In this document: positions 18,336 to 26,558 of the stretch, piece by piece
How positions within the stretch are numbered: position 1 is the first letter of the stretch
Layout of the letters: the number at the start of each line of letters is the position of its first letter
Origin: Patescibacteria group bacterium
Lineage (GTDB): Bacteria; Patescibacteriota; Patescibacteriia; Patescibacteriales; UBA12465
Assembly (NCBI GenBank): GCA_049318005.1
Contig: JBMOHE010000001.1
Coordinates: 51,440-115,439, forward strand
Direction of reading: 5' to 3'
DNA: 64,000 nucleotides
The notes under the pieces: model-generated
Seen by the model: only the letters and a program-made list of their open reading frames with translations
Database searches by the model: none
Told to the model about the DNA's origin: nothing
Position numbers and translations under genes: made by a program

Positions 18336-20381
18336 ATGTCAAAAGACCCAAAAAAAGAGAATGAATATGGCGCCGACCAAATCACCGTTTTAGAAGGTTT
18401 AGACCCGGTTAGAAAAAGACCTGGAATGTATATCGGCTCTACTTCTAGCGCCGGCTTACATCATTTAATCTGGGAAGTCGTTGATAACTCAATTGACGAA
18501 GCTATGGCTGGTCATGCTAATGAAATTTCTGTTTCCCTTCTCCCTAATGGTATGGTTTCGGTTACTGATAACGGCCGCGGTATCCCGGTTGAAAAACATA
18601 AAGTCACTGGTGTTTCGGCTCTTGAAACTGTTTTAACTAAACTTCATGCTGGCGGTAAATTTGGCGGTGGTGGCTATAAAGTTTCTGGCGGTCTTCATGG
18701 CGTTGGTGTTTCGGTTGTTAATGCGCTTAGCTCATACTTAAAAGCCGAAATTCATCGTGATGGAAAAATATGGGAACAAGAATATAAGATTGGTATTCCG
18801 CAAAAACCAGCCAAGCCAACTGGAACCTGCAAAGACCGAGGGACTACAATTACTTTCAAACCAGACGATACTATTTTTACCGAATTAGAATTTAATTGGG
18901 GCAAAATTTTAGACCGTCTTAGACAACAATCATATTTAACAAAAGGAATAACTCTAAGTGTTTTTGATAAACGTGAAGGTCATCGTGAAAAAAAATATAA
19001 ATTTCATTTTGAAGGTGGAATTAAATCATATATAAAATCTCTTCATCGTAACAAAACAGTAAAAAACGATACTATCTTTTATATAGATAAAGACACCAAC
19101 GACTGTAAGGTTGAAATTGCTCTTCAATATAATGATGAATATAACGAAAGTTTATTAGCTTTTGCAAATAATATCCATAATCCTGAGGGAGGAACTCATG
19201 TGGCTGGTTTTCGCTCTGCCCTAACTAGAACCTTAAATAATTATGCCAGATCAAAAAATTTACTTAAAGAAAAGCAAGAAAATTTAACCGGTGATGATGT
19301 GCGCGAAGGCTTAACAGTTATTATTAGTGTTAAATTACCTGACCCACAATTCGAAGGTCAAACTAAAGGAAAACTTGGAAACGCTGAAATGAAGGGTTAT
19401 GTTGAAACTATCTTTGGCGAATCTTTTAATACATTCTTAGAAGAACATCCAAAAGAAGCCGAAGCAATTATTGGTAAATGCGTTTTGTCCGCTCAGGCCC
19501 GTATGGCTGCTAGAACTGCCCGGGCTACTATTTTACGTAAAGGCGCCCTAGAAGGAATGACTCTACCTGGCAAGCTAGCTGACTGTTCTAGCCGTCATCC
19601 TGAAGAATGTGAATTATATATCGTTGAGGGAGATTCCGCCGGTGGTAGTGCAAAACAAGGCCGTAACCGAAGATTCCAAGCCATCCTTCCCTTGCGTGGT
19701 AAAATTTTAAATGTTGAACGAGCTCGTCTAGATAAAATGCTTGCTAATAATGAAATTAAAAATCTAGTTATTGCGCTTGGAACAAATATTGACGATCAAT
19801 TTGATATTGATAAACTAAGATATCATCGCGTTATAATCATGACTGATGCCGACGTTGACGGTGCCCATATTAGAACCCTTTTACTTACCCTCTTCTTCCG
19901 TCACTTTACTCCACTGGTTACTGGCGGATATATGTATATTGCCCAACCACCTTTATATCAATTAAAAAAAGGCACAACCGTTCGCTATGCTTATAGCGAT
20001 GAAGAAAAAGAAAAAATTATTATTGAACTTGGTGGCGGCGTCGAAGAAGCGGTTGAAGTTGGTGAAGAAAATGATGAGGGAGAGAATAACGAAATCCTCG
20101 AAGAAGATAATGAAGACAAGAAAAATAAAAAAGGAGCCGAGGAAGAAAAGAAAAAAATTAGTAAAATTACTATTCAACGCTATAAAGGTTTAGGTGAAAT
20201 GAATCCTGAACAACTTTGGGAAACAACTATGAACCCAGCAAGCCGTATAGTTAAACAAGTCACTATTGAAGACGCTTCAAAAGCTGATCAAATTTTTGAC
20301 ATGTTAATGGGCGATAACGTTGCACCTCGTAAAAACTTTATTCAAACTCATGCTAAAAAAGTTGAAAATTTAGATATCTAA
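18336..20381 (+). CDS. gyrB: DNA gyrase subunit B
   Basis: YGADQITVLEGLDPVRKRPGMYIG, GHKL ATPase motifs, Toprim EGDSAGG, PLRGKILNVE and QRYKGLGEM. Confidence 0.95.
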   Translation: MSKDPKKENEYGADQITVLEGLDPVRKRPGMYIGSTSSAGLHHLIWEVVDNSIDEAMAGHANEISVSLLPNGMVSVTDNGRGIPVEKHKVTGVSALETVLTKLHAGGKFGGGGYKVSGGLHGVGVSVVNALSSYLKAEIHRDGKIWEQEYKIGIPQKPAKPTGTCKDRGTTITFKPDDTIFTELEFNWGKILDRLRQQSYLTKGITLSVFDKREGHREKKYKFHFEGGIKSYIKSLHRNKTVKNDTIFYIDKDTNDCKVEIALQYNDEYNESLLAFANNIHNPEGGTHVAGFRSALTRTLNNYARSKNLLKEKQENLTGDDVREGLTVIISVKLPDPQFEGQTKGKLGNAEMKGYVETIFGESFNTFLEEHPKEAEAIIGKCVLSAQARMAARTARATILRKGALEGMTLPGKLADCSSRHPEECELYIVEGDSAGGSAKQGRNRRFQAILPLRGKILNVERARLDKMLANNEIKNLVIALGTNIDDQFDIDKLRYHRVIIMTDADVDGAHIRTLLLTLFFRHFTPLVTGGYMYIAQPPLYQLKKGTTVRYAYSDEEKEKIIIELGGGVEEAVEVGEENDEGENNEILEEDNEDKKNKKGAEEEKKKISKITIQRYKGLGEMNPEQLWETTMNPASRIVKQVTIEDASKADQIFDMLMGDNVAPRKNFIQTHAKKVENLDI

Positions 20382-20382
20382 T

Positions 20383-20814
20383 ATGTATATATATTTAATT
20401 ACGCCAATCATTGCCTTCTCTATCGCTCAAGGATCAAAAGTAATTCTACGTTCATTTAAACGTAAGATTACCTGGCGAGATATTTTTTCTTATTCCGACA
20501 TGCCAAGCGGACACACGTCGGTTGTAATTTCTTTAATAACTATTTTAGCCCTAGAGCTAGGAATAGATTCACCTATTTTTGCCTGTGCTTTTGTTTATGC
20601 GATGATTGTTATTACTGATGCGATTGGTTTACGTAATTACTTAGGCCTACACGGAAAGACTCTCAATATTTTAGTTAAAGACTTAAAAGAAGACGAGTTT
20701 CTTGATCAAACCTACCCAAAACAACTTGAAAAAATTGGCCACACTCCTCTCCAAGTTTTTATCGGCGCTTTAATTGGTTTCATTACTAGCGTCATTTCTT
20801 ATCTAATCTTCTAA
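20383..20814 (+). CDS. divergent PAP2 family (YuiD/DUF212-like) membrane protein
   Basis: MPSGHTSVV, VITDAIGLRN and IGHTPLQVFIGALIG occur in the order I remember for YuiD-like proteins. Confidence 0.75.
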   Translation: MYIYLITPIIAFSIAQGSKVILRSFKRKITWRDIFSYSDMPSGHTSVVISLITILALELGIDSPIFACAFVYAMIVITDAIGLRNYLGLHGKTLNILVKDLKEDEFLDQTYPKQLEKIGHTPLQVFIGALIGFITSVISYLIF

Positions 20815-20852
20815 ATTTAATTATTGAATTCTAGAGATACATATAATAAAAA

Positions 20853-20879
20853 GGCCCCACTTATTGTGAGGCTTTTTTG
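20853..20879 (+). terminator. rho-independent terminator after the gyrB operon
   Basis: GCCCCAC-TTATT-GTGAGGC (6 of 7 bp paired) followed by TTTTTTG. Confidence 0.55.
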
Positions 20880-20895
20880 TTTAGCTTTTGACTTA

Positions 20896-21252
20896 CTATT
20901 CACAAAAATAAAAGTCAAAATCATCACCACGACTTTGCGGCCAAACCAAGGCAAGACTGGAGGGAAAAAATTTTAAGATACCTCTATCGATTTTCCGACA
21001 AGCCCTTATAAAGCTTATAACGGCGATATTGATATTGTGAAAATCGTATTTACTCCAATGTTTTTTTTCCAAAGAATTAAGAATAACATGTATCCTATCC
21101 TTAGAAATAGTCGAATCAGGATTAGATTCAGTTTTTAAACCCAAAGATTTAGAAACAAGCGAAATTATTTCCTTGTCTCGCGAAGTAAGATCTGAAGCAT
21201 TCATTTTTCTATGTTTTTTAGGTACTATTAAAAAAATATTTTTATATTTCAA
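20896..21252 (-). CDS. hypothetical protein
   Basis: 118-aa ORF directly downstream of the iPGM-like gene. An internal start at MNASDL is possible. No family recognised. Confidence 0.4.
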   Translation of the reverse strand: MKYKNIFLIVPKKHRKMNASDLTSRDKEIISLVSKSLGLKTESNPDSTISKDRIHVILNSLEKKHWSKYDFHNINIAVISFIRACRKIDRGILKFFPSSLALVWPQSRGDDFDFYFCE

Positions 21253-21265
21253 CTTATTCTAATTT

Positions 21266-22165
21266 CTAATTTTTGTCTATCAATGACTCTCCTTTCATTT
21301 CTTCTGGTTTCGATAAGTTCATAATTTCTAAAATAGTTGGCGTCAAATCCTGTAAGCTGCCGGCCGGCGCTAGCAAACTCAAATCATTATTTAAAGGCTC
21401 ACTTAAACCAATAGTTCTACCTTTAAAATTTTCTCCCACAATAATAACTGGAACAGGATTATTAGTTATTTCTTTATCAATTAACTCGGTAACCATGCTT
21501 TTGGTGTTTTCAGCGTTACCACTAGCTGAGCTAATTATCAAAACTCCTTTTTTACTCTGCACCGCTTCAACAATCTTTTTTAAATTTTTATCAGTAATCT
21601 CAATCGCTTTTTTTATTTCCCTTGGATTTCCCTGACTAGCAACTAAATCAATAATTGGCATCGAAATGAGGATGAAATTATATTTATCAGACTTAATAGC
21701 TTTTATTGATTCACGGATAATTTTGTTAGAAACCAAAGATAACTTATGACTATCATCACTGGCTTCCGAGGAAACAATATTCCAATCCTCGCCCTTTAGC
21801 TTATTTTCATGATGTCCATTAAAAAAATGCGTTAAGGCGGCCAAGCGCTCTGTTTCAGTAATTTTTATTTGGGTCAAATTATTTTCTGATAGAATTTTTG
21901 TTAGCGTTTCTCTTGGCTCTATATTTTCATCAGATAAATCATATCCCGAACCGATACTAAGATAACGGGCATTTATATTTTTTTCACCAGCCTCTAAAAG
22001 AGCGACCGGATATTCTTTTATTAAGCTTAAAAAGGTTGGCGTCTTGGCAAGACTAATTATGTTCGCCTCGCTAGCCTGAGCTATTCCCCAGCCATCGAGT
22101 AATAAAAAAACAACCAAGGATGGCGAGAGAGGTTCAATCGAATTGCTACTATTAATTAAATCCAT
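21266..22165 (-). CDS. domain-deleted, metal-ligand-depleted homolog of cofactor-independent phosphoglycerate mutase (iPGM-like)
   Basis: N-terminal FLLLDGWGIA..ANIISLAKTPTF and a later ETERLAALTHFFNGHHENKLKGED resemble iPGM LDG(F/W).., ETEKYAHVTFFFNGG. It is only 299 aa versus about 510. The GNSEVGH Ser motif is absent, DxVGH reads DLVAS and TADHGN reads SSASGN. Confidence 0.5.
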   Translation of the reverse strand: MDLINSSNSIEPLSPSLVVFLLLDGWGIAQASEANIISLAKTPTFLSLIKEYPVALLEAGEKNINARYLSIGSGYDLSDENIEPRETLTKILSENNLTQIKITETERLAALTHFFNGHHENKLKGEDWNIVSSEASDDSHKLSLVSNKIIRESIKAIKSDKYNFILISMPIIDLVASQGNPREIKKAIEITDKNLKKIVEAVQSKKGVLIISSASGNAENTKSMVTELIDKEITNNPVPVIIVGENFKGRTIGLSEPLNNDLSLLAPAGSLQDLTPTILEIMNLSKPEEMKGESLIDKN

Positions 22166-22166
22166 T

Positions 22167-23426
22167 TTATTTTTTTAATTCAATTATTTCAGCTATTTCT
22201 AATAAACGATTATATTTAGCCAATCTCTCTCCGCGTGAAAGTGATCCAGCTTTTAAATAATCAGCTCCAACTGCGACTGCTAAATCACTTATGAAATCAT
22301 CATTAGTTTCACTGCTTGCGTGAGATATAACTACTTTATAATTATGCTTCTGGGCTAATCTTATACAATCTACAGTTTCCGTCAAGGTGCCAATTTGGTT
22401 TGGTCTAATAACAATAGAATTAGCGACTTTCTCTTTTAAGCCATGGCGAAGTCTGTCTTGGTCTCCAGAAAATAATTCATCGCCAACAATTAATAGCTTT
22501 TCTCCCAGTTCGGCGGTTAATTCTTGCCAATTCTTCCAATCATCTTCGGCCAATGCATCTTCTAAATATATCAGAGGATATTTTTCAAACCAATCATTAT
22601 ACAAACTAATCAAATTAGCCGAACTAAAATATATGTTATCTAATGGAAATAGATATTTTTGACTTTTTTCTTCATACAAAGAAGACGAGCCTACGTCTAT
22701 GCCAAGATAGACATCTTTTCCGGGATTATACCCTGCTCTAACTGAGGCCGCTAAAATAAGTTCAATGGCTTCAATACTAGAATCAAGATCGGGAGCATAC
22801 CCACCCTCAACCCCAGTATCAGTATCATAATTTGATTCTTTTAAAACACGGGCTAGTTCATGAAAAATTTCAGCTCCAGCTTGAATCATCTTTGAAGCAC
22901 TCTCAGTTTTAGGAATAATTAAAAATTCTTGCCAGTCTAGATTTGTATCTGCGTGTCTACCTCCATTAAAAAGATTAAATATCGGAGTTGGTGTTTTAAA
23001 ACTAGAATTGAATACAAAAGTTTTTTGGAGATAATCAAACAATTCCTGATCACGGCTTAAGGCAGCTACTCGGGCACAGGCAAGCGAAACAACCAAACTT
23101 GTATTAACTCCTAAATTTTTTTTATTTATTGTTCCATCAAGAGTAATTAAAATTTTATCAATTTCGCTCTGCTTTGTGATCTCGACTCCAATTAGCCCTG
23201 GGACAATAATATCTTTAATTTTAGCAATCGCCTGCAAAACGCCTAAACCTTTATATCGTTTAAGGTCGCCATCTCTAAGTTCAATTGCACCATAAGAGGC
23301 ATTCAGTGATCCTGGAACACTTGCCTTAGCGCTCAAACCGTTATCAAGTATTACTTTAGCCTCAATACTTGGATTCCCTTGCGAATCTAATATTTCACGA
23401 GCTGTAATATTTTTAATTTTTGGCAT
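22167..23426 (-). CDS. eno: enolase
   Basis: ITAREILDSQGNPSIEAKV N-terminus, SHASSETND and an enolase-length 419 aa. Confidence 0.95.
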   Translation of the reverse strand: MPKIKNITAREILDSQGNPSIEAKVILDNGLSAKASVPGSLNASYGAIELRDGDLKRYKGLGVLQAIAKIKDIIVPGLIGVEITKQSEIDKILITLDGTINKKNLGVNTSLVVSLACARVAALSRDQELFDYLQKTFVFNSSFKTPTPIFNLFNGGRHADTNLDWQEFLIIPKTESASKMIQAGAEIFHELARVLKESNYDTDTGVEGGYAPDLDSSIEAIELILAASVRAGYNPGKDVYLGIDVGSSSLYEEKSQKYLFPLDNIYFSSANLISLYNDWFEKYPLIYLEDALAEDDWKNWQELTAELGEKLLIVGDELFSGDQDRLRHGLKEKVANSIVIRPNQIGTLTETVDCIRLAQKHNYKVVISHASSETNDDFISDLAVAVGADYLKAGSLSRGERLAKYNRLLEIAEIIELKK

Positions 23427-23437
23427 ATATCTAAAAA

Positions 23438-24616
23438 TTACTTAATAACTATTTTATTAAGACCAGGCATTTTACCGCCACCAAGATAAGTTAACATTGC
23501 TCCGCCAGCGGTTGAAATCCAATCAACATGTTCAGACATTTTTGTTAAATCAAGCGCGGCAACTGTTTCCCCTCCGCCAACTAGACCATAAGCCTTGCCC
23601 TTAGAACGAGATGCAATTAAGCGAGCCACTGATAAAGTTCCCTGCTTATAACTAGCTTCTTCAAATTTTCCCATTGGTCCATTCCAAACAAGAGTATTTG
23701 CCTTCTTAATATATTTTGAAAATAGAGTTATTGTTTCTGGACCAATATCTAAAATCATATCATCTTTCTTTACTTCGCCAGGACTGCAAACTTTAGCTTG
23801 ACCGGATTTTGTTTTAATAACCACATCAATAGGTAAAATTATTTTTGGAACTAACTTTTTCCCTTTGAAAAATTTTTTTACATATACCAGACTATCAGCA
23901 TCAAATAGAGATTTCCCAATTTCTAATTTTTGATATTTAAAAAAATTATTAGCCAAAGCGCCACCTAATAGAATTTGACTGGCCGAATTATATAATTTAG
24001 AAACAAGGGGCGCCTTAGTACTTATTTTTGAACCACCCATAATAACTACTAAAGGTTTTTTTGGTTTAAGTATTTTATTTGTTGCTATAATCTCCTTTTC
24101 CAGCAACAACCCGGCGTAGGCCGGTAAATATTTTTTTATAGCCGAAACAGAGGCTTGATCACGATGGCAAACAGAGTATGCATCATTAATATATATATCC
24201 GCTAAATCAGCCAGCTCTTTGGCAAATTTTAAATTATTAGTTAATTCTCCAGGATTAAATCTCAAATTTTCCAGCATGATAGCTTCTCCAGATTTTAAAT
24301 CTGTGACTGCCTTAGAAGCTTTTACGCCTATTACCTCAGGTATAAATTTTACCGGTTTACCAAGCAATTTTTTTAAACGTAAAGCGACTGGCTTAAGAGA
24401 ATAATTACTATCGAGCCTTCCTTTTGGATCGCCTAAATGAGAGGCAATTATTAAACGTCCGCCCGAATTGAGCAAAAAATTTATTGTCTCTAAGCCGGCT
24501 ACAATACGATAATCATCTTTAATTTTTCCATTATCGAGCGCTACATTAAAATCGACTCTTAAAAAAATTACTTTATTTTTTAAATTTTTTAATTTCTTGA
24601 TTGATTTAATTTGCAT
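23438..24616 (-). CDS. pgk: phosphoglycerate kinase
   Basis: FLRVDFNV, IASHLGDPKG and WNGPMGKFE motifs. Confidence 0.95.
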   Translation of the reverse strand: MQIKSIKKLKNLKNKVIFLRVDFNVALDNGKIKDDYRIVAGLETINFLLNSGGRLIIASHLGDPKGRLDSNYSLKPVALRLKKLLGKPVKFIPEVIGVKASKAVTDLKSGEAIMLENLRFNPGELTNNLKFAKELADLADIYINDAYSVCHRDQASVSAIKKYLPAYAGLLLEKEIIATNKILKPKKPLVVIMGGSKISTKAPLVSKLYNSASQILLGGALANNFFKYQKLEIGKSLFDADSLVYVKKFFKGKKLVPKIILPIDVVIKTKSGQAKVCSPGEVKKDDMILDIGPETITLFSKYIKKANTLVWNGPMGKFEEASYKQGTLSVARLIASRSKGKAYGLVGGGETVAALDLTKMSEHVDWISTAGGAMLTYLGGGKMPGLNKIVIK

Positions 24617-24621
24617 ATTGC

Positions 24622-25773
24622 TTATTTTAGTTCCCCAAGTTTAATATCAACTTGTTTTTCTTGCCCAGCACGTATGTATGTTAAAGTTATTTTGTCACCC
24701 GGTTTATAACCAGCTACTAAATCAGCCAAATCATTAGCTCGACTCAACTCTTGATTATCAATCCAGGTAATAATATCACCGGCCGCTAAACCAGAAATAG
24801 AGGCGGGGCTATTTTTTAACAATGAAATTTTATCGAGGTCTGGATAAATCAAGGCACCTTTGCTTAAGCTTATGCCATCAACCTTAACCAAAGAAAGATC
24901 TAAGTAATTTATCCCTAGAAATGGTAACTTCGCTATTTCTTTTTGCCCAAAGCCTTGCCAGTAGCTAGTATAAGAAAAAGCAGGAATAATATCCTTATTA
25001 GAACCAACCACGGCTACTAAATCACCAGACAAATTAAAAATGAATGAATTTTTTTGAATAGAATCTGAGTTATTAGCTAGGGCTAAGCGAGCATTTACAG
25101 AATCACTATTTAAAATATCAGGCGTCTTTTTAAATGATGATAAATTACTTGGCCACACATTATTATAATTATCAACGACAATTAAAGACTGTCCTAAAGA
25201 GAGCTCTGACCGAGGTACAATTTTTCTAACTGGAAGGTTGCTTGCCTGTGACAAGTGGAAAAAAATAACTTCACCCGGAGAATTTTTTATTACATTAACT
25301 TTATCAATTATATAAATCTTTCTATCAGAAGCAATCGCTACATATCCTTTAACACTAAAAGAATCTTTAAATTCTGCTGGCAAGGATGACATAACCCAGC
25401 CATCGCTAGTAATAATCAGCCCCTGAAACAAAGGTTTGTCCAAAGAGTAGTAATCAGACTTAGACAAATCAGAACTTCTTTTAGGTGCTATTTCTTTAAA
25501 AACGCTTACCAAGGATGGGGTTAAGGAATTAATCGTTTCTTCAACTTTAACATCTTGATTAACAACTACTTTTTTTGGGTCACGGATAATTAAATTTGAT
25601 CGGTTATTATTATTTAAATCAGTTAAATTTAATTCCTGACTTGTATATGGCGAAGAAACGTCTTCAAGAATATAAACCCTCGTCAGTAAGGCCCCGCAAA
25701 ATCCAGCCACCAAACCGCAGAGAGTGGTAAGAGAAATTACCAACAAAAAACTATCTTTTATTTTTTTAAACAT
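24622..25773 (-). CDS. membrane-anchored HtrA-like protein with C-terminal PDZ domain (catalytic triad not evident)
   Basis: N-terminal TM helix. The PDZ region SGLAAGDIITWIDNQELSRANDLADLVAGYKPGDKITLTYIRAGQ is clear. In the trypsin-like region FNLSGDLVAVVG replaces GNSGGPL and no TN-x-HV His motif is seen. Confidence 0.55.
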   Translation of the reverse strand: MFKKIKDSFLLVISLTTLCGLVAGFCGALLTRVYILEDVSSPYTSQELNLTDLNNNNRSNLIIRDPKKVVVNQDVKVEETINSLTPSLVSVFKEIAPKRSSDLSKSDYYSLDKPLFQGLIITSDGWVMSSLPAEFKDSFSVKGYVAIASDRKIYIIDKVNVIKNSPGEVIFFHLSQASNLPVRKIVPRSELSLGQSLIVVDNYNNVWPSNLSSFKKTPDILNSDSVNARLALANNSDSIQKNSFIFNLSGDLVAVVGSNKDIIPAFSYTSYWQGFGQKEIAKLPFLGINYLDLSLVKVDGISLSKGALIYPDLDKISLLKNSPASISGLAAGDIITWIDNQELSRANDLADLVAGYKPGDKITLTYIRAGQEKQVDIKLGELK

Positions 25774-25785
25774 ATAATTTTTATA

Positions 25786-26544
25786 TTAAAGCCAACGAGC
25801 AGTTAAAAGAATTAAAGTAATAATCGAAGCAGCAATCCCAAGCGGCCATCTTAAATTTTTAAAATTCAGCCTATCTTCTGTTTGCCAAGAATTGAATAGA
25901 ACTAAAAGATAAAAAACAATCGCAACTAATAATCCAAGAATATTATAATTTAAAGGCAGGAGAAATAAGGCACCGGCAAATTGCGTTAAAATTAAAACAT
26001 TAATTCCTAAATATATTTTTTGATTATTATCAATCTGTTTAGAAAAAACTAAAAACTGGCTAAAAATAAAAAAGCTAAGCAAACAAAAAACTAACAATAA
26101 GGAAAGTGATGGCCAATTAAGGAAAATTGGTAGCCCGTATAAAGTCGCCGATAAAGCGAAGGTGGCAAGGAAAGAGCCGCTTAAAAGAAGCTTCTTTAAT
26201 TTTAACTCTCTTTCTGGGGCGCCAAATGAAAAATAGTAATAAATATTTTTCAAGTAATAATAAATAAACAAAGCGTTTAAAATAAATATTGCCTGAATCC
26301 AAAATTGACTAACAATAATTGCGCTATAGAAAGAAAAGCTTAAATAAAATAAGGCTGGGCTTAAAACAAAAACTAACCAGAACTTTGGACTCGTATCTTT
26401 TATAATCGCCTTAATAGATAAGCTGAGAATTAAAATTGCGATACCAAGAGACGCAAAGAAAAAAGCTGGCTCAACAAAAAAGAGCTCGTTTAAAAACCAA
26501 AGCAACAAAGGTACCAAAACTAAATACAAGGATTTTCTTTTCAT
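25786..26544 (-). CDS. polytopic membrane protein, unknown function
   Basis: 252 aa with about 8 predicted TM helices. No family recognised. Confidence 0.5.
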   Translation of the reverse strand: MKRKSLYLVLVPLLLWFLNELFFVEPAFFFASLGIAILILSLSIKAIIKDTSPKFWLVFVLSPALFYLSFSFYSAIIVSQFWIQAIFILNALFIYYYLKNIYYYFSFGAPERELKLKKLLLSGSFLATFALSATLYGLPIFLNWPSLSLLLVFCLLSFFIFSQFLVFSKQIDNNQKIYLGINVLILTQFAGALFLLPLNYNILGLLVAIVFYLLVLFNSWQTEDRLNFKNLRWPLGIAASIITLILLTARWL

Positions 26545-26558
26545 ATTTATCTAATTTA

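Noticed and set aside
19962-20193. Lys- or Phe-rich ORFs on both strands inside gyrB.
   Set aside because: They are artefacts of the GAA/AAA-rich low-complexity insertion in gyrB.
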